Shown here: in pieces, positions 48,828-58,492 of the stretch | Layout: every line of letters begins with the position of its first letter | Numbering within the stretch: the stretch's first letter is position 1 | Source of the DNA: Dehalococcoidia bacterium | GTDB taxonomy: Bacteria > Chloroflexota > Dehalococcoidia > Plut-88900 | Assembly: GCA_965249275.1 (NCBI GenBank) | Contig: CBDFLQ010000005.1 | Coordinates: 608,001 to 672,000 of the forward strand | DNA length: 64,000 nt | Direction of reading: 5' to 3' | Program-made: the position numbers and the translations under genes | Notes under the pieces: generated by a model | Seen by the model: only the letters and a program-made list of their open reading frames with translations | The model's database searches: none | What the model was told of the DNA's origin: nothing

Positions 48828-49853
48828 TTAAATCGGGAGCCACTTCCTTCTACGCGTCTTGGAGCGCACCTTGGATACCGGATGGTCCTCGTGGTGGTCT
48901 TCCTTGCATCCTACGACTGATTCCTCCATCTGCACGGTAGCATGGGTGATGCCGAAGTTATCGTGCGCCAAGTCTTTGATCCGCCTCAACAGGCCGTCCC
49001 TGTCTCCGGGGTAGGCAGGATCGACAAGCACGTGGGCGGTGAATGCCACCATTCCTGATGTGATAGTCCAGACGTGAACATCGTGGATCAGGGTCACGCC
49101 CTCAAATTCTTCGATGTCGCTGCAGAGCTTGTAGACATCCAGGTGCTCGGGGGCGGCTTCGAGCAGCACGTTAACTATCCTGGCGATCAGGCCCCGGGTG
49201 CCGTTCAGGATCAGGGCGACAATGACGATGCTGATGATCGGGTCGGCGATGGTCCATCCGAATCCCATTATCAAGGCTGCGGAAATCACTACGCCCACCG
49301 AGCCGAGCAGGTCTGCCAGAACATGCTGGAAAGCCCCCTCAACGTTCAGGCTGTGCCCCGATGCCCGCTGAAGCATCCAGGCGGCTACGACGTTGACCGC
49401 AAGACCCCCCAGCCCTACGTAGAGCACGAGAGGCCCCTGCACCTCCAAGTGTCCGGCACTCAGTTCGTGGAACCGGTGGTACGCCTCCACGCATATCCAG
49501 GCGGCAATCAGCCACAGGCCGATCACGTTGGCCAATGCGGCGAGGACCTCTGCCCTGTAGTAGCCGAAAGTACGGGTGGCCGATGAAGCCCGCTCGCCGA
49601 TCCACATGGCTACCAGGGCCAAGACTATAGATAGCGCATCGGTGAGCATGTGGCCGGCGTCGGCGAGAAGGGCGAGGCTGCCGGAGAGGATGCCGCCGAC
49701 CACCTCGGCGACCATGTAGCTGGAAATCAGGGTAAGGGCAAGGGCCAGGCTGCGGCGGCTGGCGCCCCGCAACTCGGCGGCATGGTCATGGCCGGCGTGA
49801 TCATCGTGGTCGTGACCGGCGTGGGAGTCATGGTCGTGTTCTTTTTCCGACAT
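48828..49853 (-). CDS. Cation diffusion facilitator (CzcD/ZitB-like exporter)
   Basis: His-rich N-terminus, SLALLADAGHMLTD, TFGYYRAE, HVLADLLGS and HDVHVW. Confidence 0.92.
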   Translation of the reverse strand: MSEKEHDHDSHAGHDHDDHAGHDHAAELRGASRRSLALALTLISSYMVAEVVGGILSGSLALLADAGHMLTDALSIVLALVAMWIGERASSATRTFGYYRAEVLAALANVIGLWLIAAWICVEAYHRFHELSAGHLEVQGPLVLYVGLGGLAVNVVAAWMLQRASGHSLNVEGAFQHVLADLLGSVGVVISAALIMGFGWTIADPIISIVIVALILNGTRGLIARIVNVLLEAAPEHLDVYKLCSDIEEFEGVTLIHDVHVWTITSGMVAFTAHVLVDPAYPGDRDGLLRRIKDLAHDNFGITHATVQMEESVVGCKEDHHEDHPVSKVRSKTRRRKWLPI

Positions 49854-50015
49854 AGTGTCTCCCCCAGTTGGCGTCATGTTAGCTTGATATGCATAGCCTG
49901 TCCACACGGAATCCCTATTACCCATTTACATCTATTTCTTTGGTATAATCCCCACTCGATGGACATTCCCCGTAATAAGCTAGTTTCCGGAAGGAAAGGG
50001 GAGAATATACCTGTT

Positions 50016-51086
50016 ATGAGCAAATACAAAGTGCTTTTAGGAATTCTGGGACTTGCCCTTGTGTTGGCAGTTGCAGTCGCTTGTGGCGGCGGGGACTCTG
50101 AGACGACGTCGGGTGAAAGGCTTGCCGCGGTGCAGGACCGGGGCAATGTGATATGCGCGAGCAGGAACGACGTGCCCGGATACGGGTACCTTGACGAGGC
50201 CGGAAACAACGTTGGATTCGACATAGACCTGTGCCGGGCCTTAGCGGCGGCGGTCCTGGGCGATCCCAACGCATTCGAGATCCGGCTGATAACCGCGGCG
50301 GAACGGGGCCCGACGATCCAGTCCGGCGAAGTGGACATGCTCGTGCGGACCGTTACCTGGACCACCTCCCGTGACGCTAGCTGGGGTAACTACGTTCAGA
50401 CGATGTTCTACGACGGCCAGGGGTTCATGGTCCCGAAGGCCTTGGGAATCTCAAGCGCCCTGGAGCTCAAGGACACAAGTGTTTGCGTGACGCAGGGTAC
50501 TACTACGGAGTTGAACCTTCAGGACTTCTCCAACCAGAACAACCTGAACATTACTCCTCTTACCTTTGAGGACACCGACGCTGTCCTAGCCGCCTACGAG
50601 AACGGTCAATGTGATTCCTTTACAAATGACAACTCTCAGTTGGCCGCGCTGGGCACGGCATTGTCGGACCGGGACGCTCACACAATTCTCCCTGAGACTA
50701 TCTCGGAAGAGCCCCTAGGGCCTGTTGTTCCTCACGGCGATGACCAATGGTTCGACATTGTAAAGACCGTCATGGGCATCCTGATCTACTCCGAAGCCTA
50801 CGGCGTAGATTCCGGCAACGTGCCCACCGCGATCACGGGCGACACCAAGGTTGACCGACTGTTTGGTCTGGAGGGATCCTTCGGACAGGACGTACTGGGC
50901 CTCAAGAAAACGGCAGCCCAGGACGTGATTAGATCTGTTGGAAACTACGGCGAGATTTACGAACGCAATTTGGGACCTGGCGGGATAAACCTGCCGAGGG
51001 AGAACGGACGAAACGCACTTTGGGCCGACGCCCCGTGCACGGATTGCCCAAAGGGAGGTCAGATCTACGCAGCGCCGCTGCGTTAG
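50016..51086 (+). CDS. aapJ: General L-amino acid ABC transporter substrate-binding lipoprotein
   Basis: GFDIDLCRA, TWTTSRD, FYDGQG, GTTTELN, ISEEPLGP and VGNYGEIYERN. Start at ATG 50016. Confidence 0.88.
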   Translation: MSKYKVLLGILGLALVLAVAVACGGGDSETTSGERLAAVQDRGNVICASRNDVPGYGYLDEAGNNVGFDIDLCRALAAAVLGDPNAFEIRLITAAERGPTIQSGEVDMLVRTVTWTTSRDASWGNYVQTMFYDGQGFMVPKALGISSALELKDTSVCVTQGTTTELNLQDFSNQNNLNITPLTFEDTDAVLAAYENGQCDSFTNDNSQLAALGTALSDRDAHTILPETISEEPLGPVVPHGDDQWFDIVKTVMGILIYSEAYGVDSGNVPTAITGDTKVDRLFGLEGSFGQDVLGLKKTAAQDVIRSVGNYGEIYERNLGPGGINLPRENGRNALWADAPCTDCPKGGQIYAAPLR

Positions 51087-51116
51087 TGCCCCACTGGACT
51101 TAAACTGAAGCTATCA

Positions 51117-51149
51117 GAGGGGCGGCCAAGCAAATGCTGGCCGCCCCTC
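51117..51149 (+). terminator. Intercistronic hairpin after the substrate-binding protein gene
   Basis: gaggggcggcca...tggccgcccctc. Confidence 0.6.
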
Positions 51150-51224
51150 ACTGCATTTAGGCATGCACAAGTTATGGGTTTGCAATAGAATCGGCCTGAC
51201 ACCGGGCCCGCTAATTGGCAGAAT

Positions 51225-52424
51225 TTGATTACATCACGGCTTCCTAACATCACTTATAAGGGCATACCGGTCTGGCGGCACGCCCAGGTAATCCAGTGGG
51301 TCGCACAGATCGTTTCGGGGATCCTGGTGGTTGTCCTGGTCGTATGGTTCTTTGCGAATATAGCGAACGCGATACGGGACCGGGACATACCTTTTGGCTT
51401 TGGATTTCTGGGACGGGCGTACCAGACTCCCATAGGTCAGCATTTCCTGCCTTTTGAGTCGTCTGATTCGTTCCTCTATGCGATGGTTGTTGGGGCGACG
51501 AATACGATTTTCGTCTCGGTGATAGGGGTAATTGCGGCGACGGCGCTTGGGGTATTCATTGGCGTGTCTCGCCTATCCGGCAACTGGCTGGTATCGAAAA
51601 TCGCCCTGGTCTATATCGAATTCTTCCGCAACGTGCCGCTTCTGATTCAGCTTTTCTTCTGGTTTTACATAGTGTTGGCGTTGCCACCCGTGAGAGAGGG
51701 TTATGTTATAGCCGACCGGTTGTACTTGAACAATGCTGGGGTGTCCGTACCCATTCCAACCGGGGACGGGGTAGCTCAGGGACTGATTTGGCTAGTATCT
51801 GCGGCTGTGGCCATAGCTGTGGGCGTGCTGGCGCACAAAGCAATGGCCAGGCGGGAAGAACAGACAGGGTCAACGTCCTATCCAATTTTGACAGGTGTGG
51901 GTTCTACCGTTCTGGTTGGCCTTGTTGGGTGGTTCATCATCACGGCGATAAACGGAGGATTCCCACTTACCATTACGACGCCGGCTCCGCATGGGACTTT
52001 TGGGAGGCTAGAGGGTGGCTTCGAACTATCGGGTGGACTGATGGCCTTGCTGCTCGGACTGGTGATGTACACTGCGGCATTCATTGCAGAGATCGTGAGG
52101 GCGGGGATACAGTCGGTGGGGAAGGGGCAGACGGAGGCTTCACGGTCCTTGGGACTATCGGGGATGGGGACTATAAGAAGCGTAACCTTTCCCCAAGCTC
52201 TCCGAGTCATTGTGCCTCCGACCATCAGCCAGTATTTGAATCTGACTAAGAACAGCAGCCTTGCGGCGGCGATCGGCTACAGCGAACTCACGAACGTGGC
52301 CAAGACGATGACGCAGACGGCGCCTGCGGTGTCGATATTCATATTGGTGATGGCGGCCTATCTTGCCATGAGCTTGACCTACTCTCTGATAGGGAACTTC
52401 TATAACCGGCGGATAGCCTTTTGA
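51225..52424 (+). CDS. aapQ: Amino acid ABC transporter permease
   Basis: RNVPLL, AFIAEIVRAGI, PQALR and LTKNSSL. Confidence 0.85.
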   Translation: MITSRLPNITYKGIPVWRHAQVIQWVAQIVSGILVVVLVVWFFANIANAIRDRDIPFGFGFLGRAYQTPIGQHFLPFESSDSFLYAMVVGATNTIFVSVIGVIAATALGVFIGVSRLSGNWLVSKIALVYIEFFRNVPLLIQLFFWFYIVLALPPVREGYVIADRLYLNNAGVSVPIPTGDGVAQGLIWLVSAAVAIAVGVLAHKAMARREEQTGSTSYPILTGVGSTVLVGLVGWFIITAINGGFPLTITTPAPHGTFGRLEGGFELSGGLMALLLGLVMYTAAFIAEIVRAGIQSVGKGQTEASRSLGLSGMGTIRSVTFPQALRVIVPPTISQYLNLTKNSSLAAAIGYSELTNVAKTMTQTAPAVSIFILVMAAYLAMSLTYSLIGNFYNRRIAF

Positions 52425-52451
52425 AGAAGACGTGTGACATAAAGCAGCGAG

Positions 52452-53702
52452 ATGGCAACGAACTCTAATTTAGGTGGTCCGCCGTCTCTGCCTCCGCCTC
52501 TATTGAATAGAGGGGTGGTGGGATGGGCGCGCGAAAACCTCTTCAGCGCGTGGTACCACGCGCTGTTGACAGTAGTGACCGCCTGCCTGGTGCTCACAGG
52601 CCTATGGTATGGGCTGGGCTGGATCTTGCTGGATGCACAGTGGGGAGTGATACCGACCCTAGGGGGGCGGCTCGTCATCGGCCCGTACAACATCGAAGCG
52701 GCGTGTGAAGGGCAAAACTGCTTCTGGAGACCTCAGGCCGGCCTAATGCTGGTCATGATGCTGGCCGGGTTGGCATGGGCAACTGCAGGAGGAGGACTGA
52801 CGAAGCGAATCGTAATCATTGTGACTACCGCGCTGGTGGTATTCGCGTTCTTGCCTTATAACCTGGACCGGTTGGACCTCGATGTCCGGTTGCTTCTCCT
52901 GGCCAATGTGCCTGCAGTGGCAATCGGGTGGGCACTGGGTCGGTACACGCGTCTGGGGACATCGAAGGGAATCATCTTACTCGGCATTGCCTTCTTCGCG
53001 CTCATCCTGATTCTGTTCCGAGGAGTGCCGGGCATACCGGGGCTTCAGCCTGTCTCTGTAATCTATTGGGGCGGAATGATGCTGAACCTGCTGCTTGCGG
53101 TGGTGGGTATAGTGTTCAGTTTTCCGATAGGGATAGCGCTGGCGCTGGGTCGGCGGTCGAAGCTACCCGTGGTAAAGATTATCTGCGTGGCGTTCATAGA
53201 GGTTTTTCGGGGCGTGCCGCTAATAACGCTGTTGTTCATGTCGCAGGTGCTGGTGCCGTTGGCCTTCCCCCAGGACTTTCCTGTAAACAGCCTATTGCGT
53301 GCCGCTATTATCATTACGTTGTTCAGTTCGGCTTACACTGCCGAGAACATACGGGGCGGACTACAGGCACTGCACCCAGGCCAGGCGGAAGCGGCGAGGG
53401 CGTTGGGCCTTGCAAGCTGGCAGACGATGATTTCCATTTCCCTGCCACAGGCCATCCGGAACGTGATACCTGCGATTGTCGGGCAGTTCATCGCCCTGTT
53501 CAAGGACACGACACTGGTCACGATAATAGGGATGTTAGACATACTGGAGTTCAGCAGGGCGTTCATACAGGGGAACCCGCAATACTTATCAAACCAAAAA
53601 GAGCTGTTTGTATTCCTAGCCTTCTCATTTTGGATATTCACATTCGGGATGTCCTACGTTAGCCGCCATGTCGAACGGCATCTAGGCGTGGGAGAGAATT
53701 AG
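52452..53702 (+). CDS. aapM: Amino acid ABC transporter permease
   Basis: W.RENLF, LALGRRS, RGVPLI, AENIRGGL and FKDT. Confidence 0.85.
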   Translation: MATNSNLGGPPSLPPPLLNRGVVGWARENLFSAWYHALLTVVTACLVLTGLWYGLGWILLDAQWGVIPTLGGRLVIGPYNIEAACEGQNCFWRPQAGLMLVMMLAGLAWATAGGGLTKRIVIIVTTALVVFAFLPYNLDRLDLDVRLLLLANVPAVAIGWALGRYTRLGTSKGIILLGIAFFALILILFRGVPGIPGLQPVSVIYWGGMMLNLLLAVVGIVFSFPIGIALALGRRSKLPVVKIICVAFIEVFRGVPLITLLFMSQVLVPLAFPQDFPVNSLLRAAIIITLFSSAYTAENIRGGLQALHPGQAEAARALGLASWQTMISISLPQAIRNVIPAIVGQFIALFKDTTLVTIIGMLDILEFSRAFIQGNPQYLSNQKELFVFLAFSFWIFTFGMSYVSRHVERHLGVGEN

Positions 53703-53726
53703 GCGAGAGATAGTCGAGGGTTGGAT

Positions 53727-54485
53727 ATGACTTCCACAGAAAGCAAGAACAGCTCCGAGGACATAATCATCTGCCGAGACGTGCATAAGTGGTACGGGGA
53801 GTTCCACGCGCTACGGGGGGTGACGACGACGATCAAGAAAGGGGAGGTTGTGGTGGTGTTCGGGCCATCGGGGTCAGGGAAATCGACGTTCATCCGCACA
53901 ATCAACAGGCTGGAGGAGCATCAAAGGGGACAGATAATAGTCGACGGCATTGAGATGTCGGACGACGTGCGTAATATCGACGCCATTCGCCGGGACGTGG
54001 GGATGGTGTTCCAGTCTTTCAACCTGTTTCCGCACCTGACAATCATGCAGAACATAACCCTGGCCCCGACTAAAGTTCGAAAGTTACCGGCGTCGGAGGC
54101 GGAAAAGATCGCGATGGAGCTGTTGGAGAGGGTCGGGATCCCGGACCAGGCAGACAAGTACCCCAAGGAGTTATCTGGAGGGCAGCAGCAGCGGGTGGCG
54201 ATAGCTCGGGCCCTGGCTATGAAGCCGAACATCATGCTGTTCGACGAGCCGACGTCGGCGCTGGACCCGGAGATGATCAAGGAAGTGCTTGACGTGATGA
54301 AGGAGCTGGCGGAGTCGGGGATGACGATGATTGTCGTGTCCCACGAAATGGGCTTTGCGCGAGAGGTGGCGAACCGGATGATGATGTTCGACGAGGGGAT
54401 GATCGTGGAGGAAGGGACGCCACATCAAATCTTCGAAGATCCGCAGAGCGACCGGACTAAGCTTTTCTTGTCGCAGATTCTCTAG
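53727..54485 (+). CDS. aapP: Amino acid ABC transporter ATPase
   Basis: [17 protein letters not shown] and [11 protein letters not shown]. Confidence 0.9.
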   Translation: MTSTESKNSSEDIIICRDVHKWYGEFHALRGVTTTIKKGEVVVVFGPSGSGKSTFIRTINRLEEHQRGQIIVDGIEMSDDVRNIDAIRRDVGMVFQSFNLFPHLTIMQNITLAPTKVRKLPASEAEKIAMELLERVGIPDQADKYPKELSGGQQQRVAIARALAMKPNIMLFDEPTSALDPEMIKEVLDVMKELAESGMTMIVVSHEMGFAREVANRMMMFDEGMIVEEGTPHQIFEDPQSDRTKLFLSQIL

Positions 54486-54542
54486 CAGCTTCAATCTGTC
54501 CTATAATAAACAGGTGTACGCTGACCGCAGGAGCATCTTGTC

Positions 54543-54830
54543 GTGACCCAAGCCGAACCTAGAGTATGGACTGTAACTGAGGCCAAAGCCCGTCTGTCGG
54601 AGATCCTGCGCCTTTCCGAAGAGGAGGGGCCGCAACGTATTGGGACGCGGAAGTCCTTCGTAGTTGTTCCCGAGAGTGTATGGCAGGGTCACGATTCTCC
54701 TCCCAAGGCTGACGCCTTGCCGCGCAAGCCTCTTGGACAGTGGCTTGTTGAAAACCTGCCTTGCGGGGTCGAACTCGAACTTCCTAACCGTAAGGAAACT
54801 GGCCGGCCGATTCCCTTTGTAGACTACTAA
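54543..54830 (+). CDS. Phd/YefM-type antitoxin
   Basis: WTVTEAKARLSEIL...GPQRI, translationally coupled (TAATG) to a PIN toxin. Confidence 0.85.
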   Translation: MTQAEPRVWTVTEAKARLSEILRLSEEEGPQRIGTRKSFVVVPESVWQGHDSPPKADALPRKPLGQWLVENLPCGVELELPNRKETGRPIPFVDY

Positions 54831-55249
54831 TGAGCGGATACCTCCTGGACACAAATGTTGTGTCTGAGGTGATACGAGTTGTTCCGAACCCTAGTGTGTA
54901 CACATTTTTCGTTGAGCAAGACGACCTATGGCTATCATCCGTTGTCATCCACGAACTTGAGTATGGAGTGCAGCGCTTGGCGGAGGGTCGGCGGAGGACA
55001 GATCTGCGTGCAAATCTATCTCATCTGACAACCGAATACGGAAATCGGATCTTGACATTGGATCGCGATGGGGCGGAATTGGCAGCGAGATTTAGGGTGG
55101 ATTCTGAGCGATCCGGCTACGCCCTCGGCTTGGCGGATGCGTTGATTGCCGGCATTGCCAAGGCCAACGACCTGATAGTCGCAACCAGAAATGTGTCTGA
55201 TTTCCGATCGATCGACATCGAAGTCTTCAATCCTTGGGAGACTTCTTAG
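54830..55249 (+). CDS. vapC: PIN-domain VapC toxin
   Basis: YLLDTNVVSE, ELEYG, DALIA and TRNVSDF. Confidence 0.92.
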   Translation: MSGYLLDTNVVSEVIRVVPNPSVYTFFVEQDDLWLSSVVIHELEYGVQRLAEGRRRTDLRANLSHLTTEYGNRILTLDRDGAELAARFRVDSERSGYALGLADALIAGIAKANDLIVATRNVSDFRSIDIEVFNPWETS

Positions 55250-56285
55250 TCAGCCTCGCTCTTGCTAGCCGAGCTCCTTCCACCATAGCCCTCAATTTAC
55301 TCCTGGCTGATGAGCCGCTTATTGGAACGAGCCCGCAGTCGGGGGCGGCTTTCAGTTTTTCTGCGGGATGGCACTCGGCCGCTTCCAGGAGTCGGTTGGC
55401 TATTCGATCCGCATCTTCCACCTCTTCCGACGTGTTGGTTATGCACCCGAAGAGCACCGTCTTCGATGGGCACAGAGCCAGGAGATCCACGGAGAGAAAC
55501 GGGGCCTCGAATTCCAGGGCTAGCTGATTTATTGAAGAGCGCTCGAGGGCCGGGAGGATAGTCGGGTAGCTAGGCACTATGGGGCGGGGGACTCCGGGAA
55601 GGGGGTAGCTGTAGCACACGTGCACTGCGGTTTGAGCGTTCACCCCGTGTGCTGACCTGTCCAGGGCCTCGATACCCCAGGCAAGGACTTTATCCGGGTA
55701 TCGGCTGAAGACAGGTTCGTCGAACTGGATCACCGATGCGCCCTCCAACGCCAGGGCTTTCGCCTCCATGTGCAGTGCATCAGCGACGGCTATAGCCATG
55801 GATTCTTCGTTGCCGTAGAACTCGTCGAGGATGGAATCGCAGACGGTCATCGGGCCGGGGAGGGTTACCTTGACTGGTGTGCGAGAGTGTTTAATCGTGA
55901 AGCGCAGGTCATCGACCAGCATGGGGCCCGGCCAGGTGACGGGGCCGGTGCATCGGCCCACCTGGGCCAAGCGTCTGCCGCCTCTTACCCACTTCTCCCC
56001 AAATGTTTCGTAGTCGAACCCGTTTAGCCTTCGCACCACGTAGCTCAGGTAGGACTCGCGTCTCTGCTCGCCGTCGGTTATCTCGTCAAGACTGGCTGAC
56101 TCTTGCATCCCGATGGCAAGCCTAACGGCGTCGTCATGCGCCTCCCGAAGCTCTTTCCCAGAATAGGCCCACGTACCACCCTTTCCGTGCAGCCCTTTCA
56201 CTTCCGTAGAAAAGCCGGAAGAATCATAAAGCCAAGGCGGTTTAGGAAGGCTGCCAATGACAGTGGTCTGAAAGGGGATACTCAT
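55227..56285 (-). CDS. Cobalamin-independent methionine synthase II family (single-domain) protein
   Basis: IGSLPKP, TDGEQRR, QFDEP, HVC, LEF and APDCG Zn ligands. Confidence 0.85.
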   Translation of the reverse strand: MSIPFQTTVIGSLPKPPWLYDSSGFSTEVKGLHGKGGTWAYSGKELREAHDDAVRLAIGMQESASLDEITDGEQRRESYLSYVVRRLNGFDYETFGEKWVRGGRRLAQVGRCTGPVTWPGPMLVDDLRFTIKHSRTPVKVTLPGPMTVCDSILDEFYGNEESMAIAVADALHMEAKALALEGASVIQFDEPVFSRYPDKVLAWGIEALDRSAHGVNAQTAVHVCYSYPLPGVPRPIVPSYPTILPALERSSINQLALEFEAPFLSVDLLALCPSKTVLFGCITNTSEEVEDADRIANRLLEAAECHPAEKLKAAPDCGLVPISGSSARSKLRAMVEGARLARARLTKKSPKD

Positions 56286-56369
56286 GCCGGCGAATATATC
56301 ACAGGGACGCAGTGGACCGGGCCTGCTTTGCCGGAGGGGACGAGGCTATAATTTGGGCGGAGACACGTA

Positions 56370-57083
56370 ATGAGAGACAAGGACGAAATACGGAAGGACG
56401 TTTGGCAGTCGATGAGGGACGCCGGTGTTGCTGCGTTTCCGGGGGCTGTGGGTCGGATACCAAACTTCACGGGCTCGGGGCGAGCACATCTGCAGCTTGC
56501 CGAGTTGGATGTGTGGAAGAACGCCCAGGTGATCAAGTCGAACCCCGACCTGCCGCAGAGGCCACTGAGAAGGCTCGCTCTGGAGCAGGGTAAGACCGTC
56601 TACATGGCCGTGCCCCGGCTCACGCAGGAAAAATGCTTTGTTGAGCTGGACCCGGCGCGTATCAGTGACTACCGGTTGGCGAGCAGCATCAAGGGCGCAG
56701 CACAGCTGGGCAGGTTGGTACACCCTGACGAGATGCGACCAATTGACCTGATTGTCTGCGGGTCGGTGGCGGTGAACAGGGAAGGGGCTCGGTTGGGGAA
56801 GGGAGGCGGGTTTTCGGACCTTGAATACGCTGTTGCCCTGACCCTCGGCCTGATATCTAAGAGTACGCCGATAGTCACTACCGTTCATCCTGTACAGCTT
56901 TTGTCGGAAGAGCTGCCCATGACTCCACACGACATATCTCTCGACTATATTGGCACGCCGGAGGAGTTGGTACGCTGTGATGGGGAGTTCCACAGACCCT
57001 TGGGGATCATTTGGGAGGACCTCGGAGAGAAACTGGACGAGGTGCCCATTCTTCAGGCACTGCGGGCAAGGGAGTTCAGGTAG
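56370..57083 (+). CDS. 5-formyltetrahydrofolate cyclo-ligase family protein
   Basis: GRIPNF, NPD.PQ, VPRL, GSVAV...GARLGKGGGFSDLEY and TTVH. Confidence 0.85.
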   Translation: MRDKDEIRKDVWQSMRDAGVAAFPGAVGRIPNFTGSGRAHLQLAELDVWKNAQVIKSNPDLPQRPLRRLALEQGKTVYMAVPRLTQEKCFVELDPARISDYRLASSIKGAAQLGRLVHPDEMRPIDLIVCGSVAVNREGARLGKGGGFSDLEYAVALTLGLISKSTPIVTTVHPVQLLSEELPMTPHDISLDYIGTPEELVRCDGEFHRPLGIIWEDLGEKLDEVPILQALRAREFR

Positions 57084-57157
57084 TCTGCCTACGTCGCCCC
57101 TACGGGCTTGGGGTTATTAAGTCCTCCTGAGGCGGACCCTCCAAAGGCGGATGTTCC

Positions 57158-57805
57158 ATCTTCGATTGGGGTTTGGGGGTTTGGTTTGGTTGTTGGGGGG
57201 TAGGCGATGGAAGGTCCGAGACTCGTGTGCGGGGAGGCGGGAGGCCAGCCTGCGATGACCCCACGTGTCTCTTAGCTAGGCGGACGAGGTGAGTGGGGTG
57301 TTCTCGTCCACAAGACGCTTGGCTCGACCATTCGGAGGAATGGGAGCACGAACCCGCTGCCGTCGTCTACCGAACGGAACTCTCGGATGGTGACGACGGT
57401 GGAGTCCCATAAGGGCTCGATGGCCCTTAGCAAGCCCTGCATAGGCGGGCTGTTATATTTCGCTGGGCTATGCGCATAGCGTTGACTCGAACACTCCGGG
57501 TGAATGGTGCGTCGAGTAGGCTGGTCCCGCACGCCTACATGTTGCTTAGAGTTGATGGACCTTCCATCGCCTGATGGTTGGGGGGGGGTGAGCCGGGGCC
57601 TTTAGGTGAGGAGATGGCGGCTTTCGCTTGAGCCTGGGAGCGGCTAACGCCGCTCTTTGGGATGGGCTGGGACGTTGAGTCCTCGGGGGCCGGGGATGGT
57701 GTTCCCCCTGGGTTGTGGTTCCTCCTTGGCCTTGGGGTGGGTAACTGGCCAGTCGGGGGTGAATATAGTACATGTGTTTTGCTTTGGTCAAGGGGTTCGT
57801 GTCAC
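57158..57805 (-). ncRNA. Putative large ncRNA element, copy C
   Basis: Promoter 57762-57791 and conserved leader. A perfect 16-bp helix 57557-57572/57202-57217 encloses a 339-nt structured segment, followed by a C/A-rich tail. Confidence 0.7.
57762..57791 (-). promoter_or_regulatory. Sigma70-type promoter with LexA-box-like site (copy C)
   Basis: TTGACC-N18-TATATT, with AAAC-ACAT-GTAC at 57768-57779. Confidence 0.55.
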
Positions 57806-57822
57806 ATTTTGCCAAGTGGAAT

Positions 57823-58378
57823 CACCCTCACCAGCCTCAGGGATATATTGAGTCCCGCCCACCCGCCCTGTTTTATTGACATATCAGCCATGTTGCCCTG
57901 CAACATGGCTGATATGTCGTTACCAAGGGGGAGGGGAAGGAAGGCGAGGAATGGTGTGAGAGGGCAAGTCCTAGATTCCTCGCGGGGCGTCGGAATGGTG
58001 GGGAGAGGGGGTTGGGTGGAGAGGTTGAGGGTGGCCGCGACGGATTGGCATAACGGGGTCGCCACCCCTCTCGACCCTTCGACGGTGCTCAGGGTGAGCG
58101 GCCCCACCCCAGGGATGGATTCCGGCTCTCGGCGGCCGGAATGACGGGAGAGAAAGGGGTATGGGGCTTTCTAGGGACGCGACGGATTGGCAGTGCGGGG
58201 CCGCCCCCCCGCTCGACCCTTCGACGGTGCTCCCGCCTCGGCGGATCTACGACAGGATGAGCGGCCCCTCTCCAAGGATGGATTCACGCCTCGGCGCACG
58301 CCACAGGCGCACCCTCCCGAGGCGGACGTTCCGCTTGCAGCATCTTCGACCGGCTCTCGGGGGCCGGAATGACGGGGG
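57823..58378. repeat. BIME-like mosaic of nested palindromic repeats
   Basis: An interrupted boxC-like unit, a 19-bp perfect stem at 57878-57918, and two tandem composite units starting cgcgacggattggca near 58036 and 58178. Confidence 0.8.
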
Positions 58379-58492
58379 GAGGGGGTGGGGTTTATGGAAA
58401 GGTCTTAGTGTGTGGACGCCCTCAAGGGGGTATAATATTCTCGCTCCATAGTTCAAGGTTTCCAATTCACCCTTGACCACATATACAAACTT

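Noticed and set aside
57218-57556. tmRNA-like AAATATAAC.GCC in cargo C, and AAATAAAACTGG in cargo A
   Set aside because: There is no tRNA-like domain or CCA end, and the downstream frames do not give an ALAA-type tag.
57823-58378. CRISPR array
   Set aside because: The repeats are heterogeneous, nested and irregularly spaced, and there are no cas genes.
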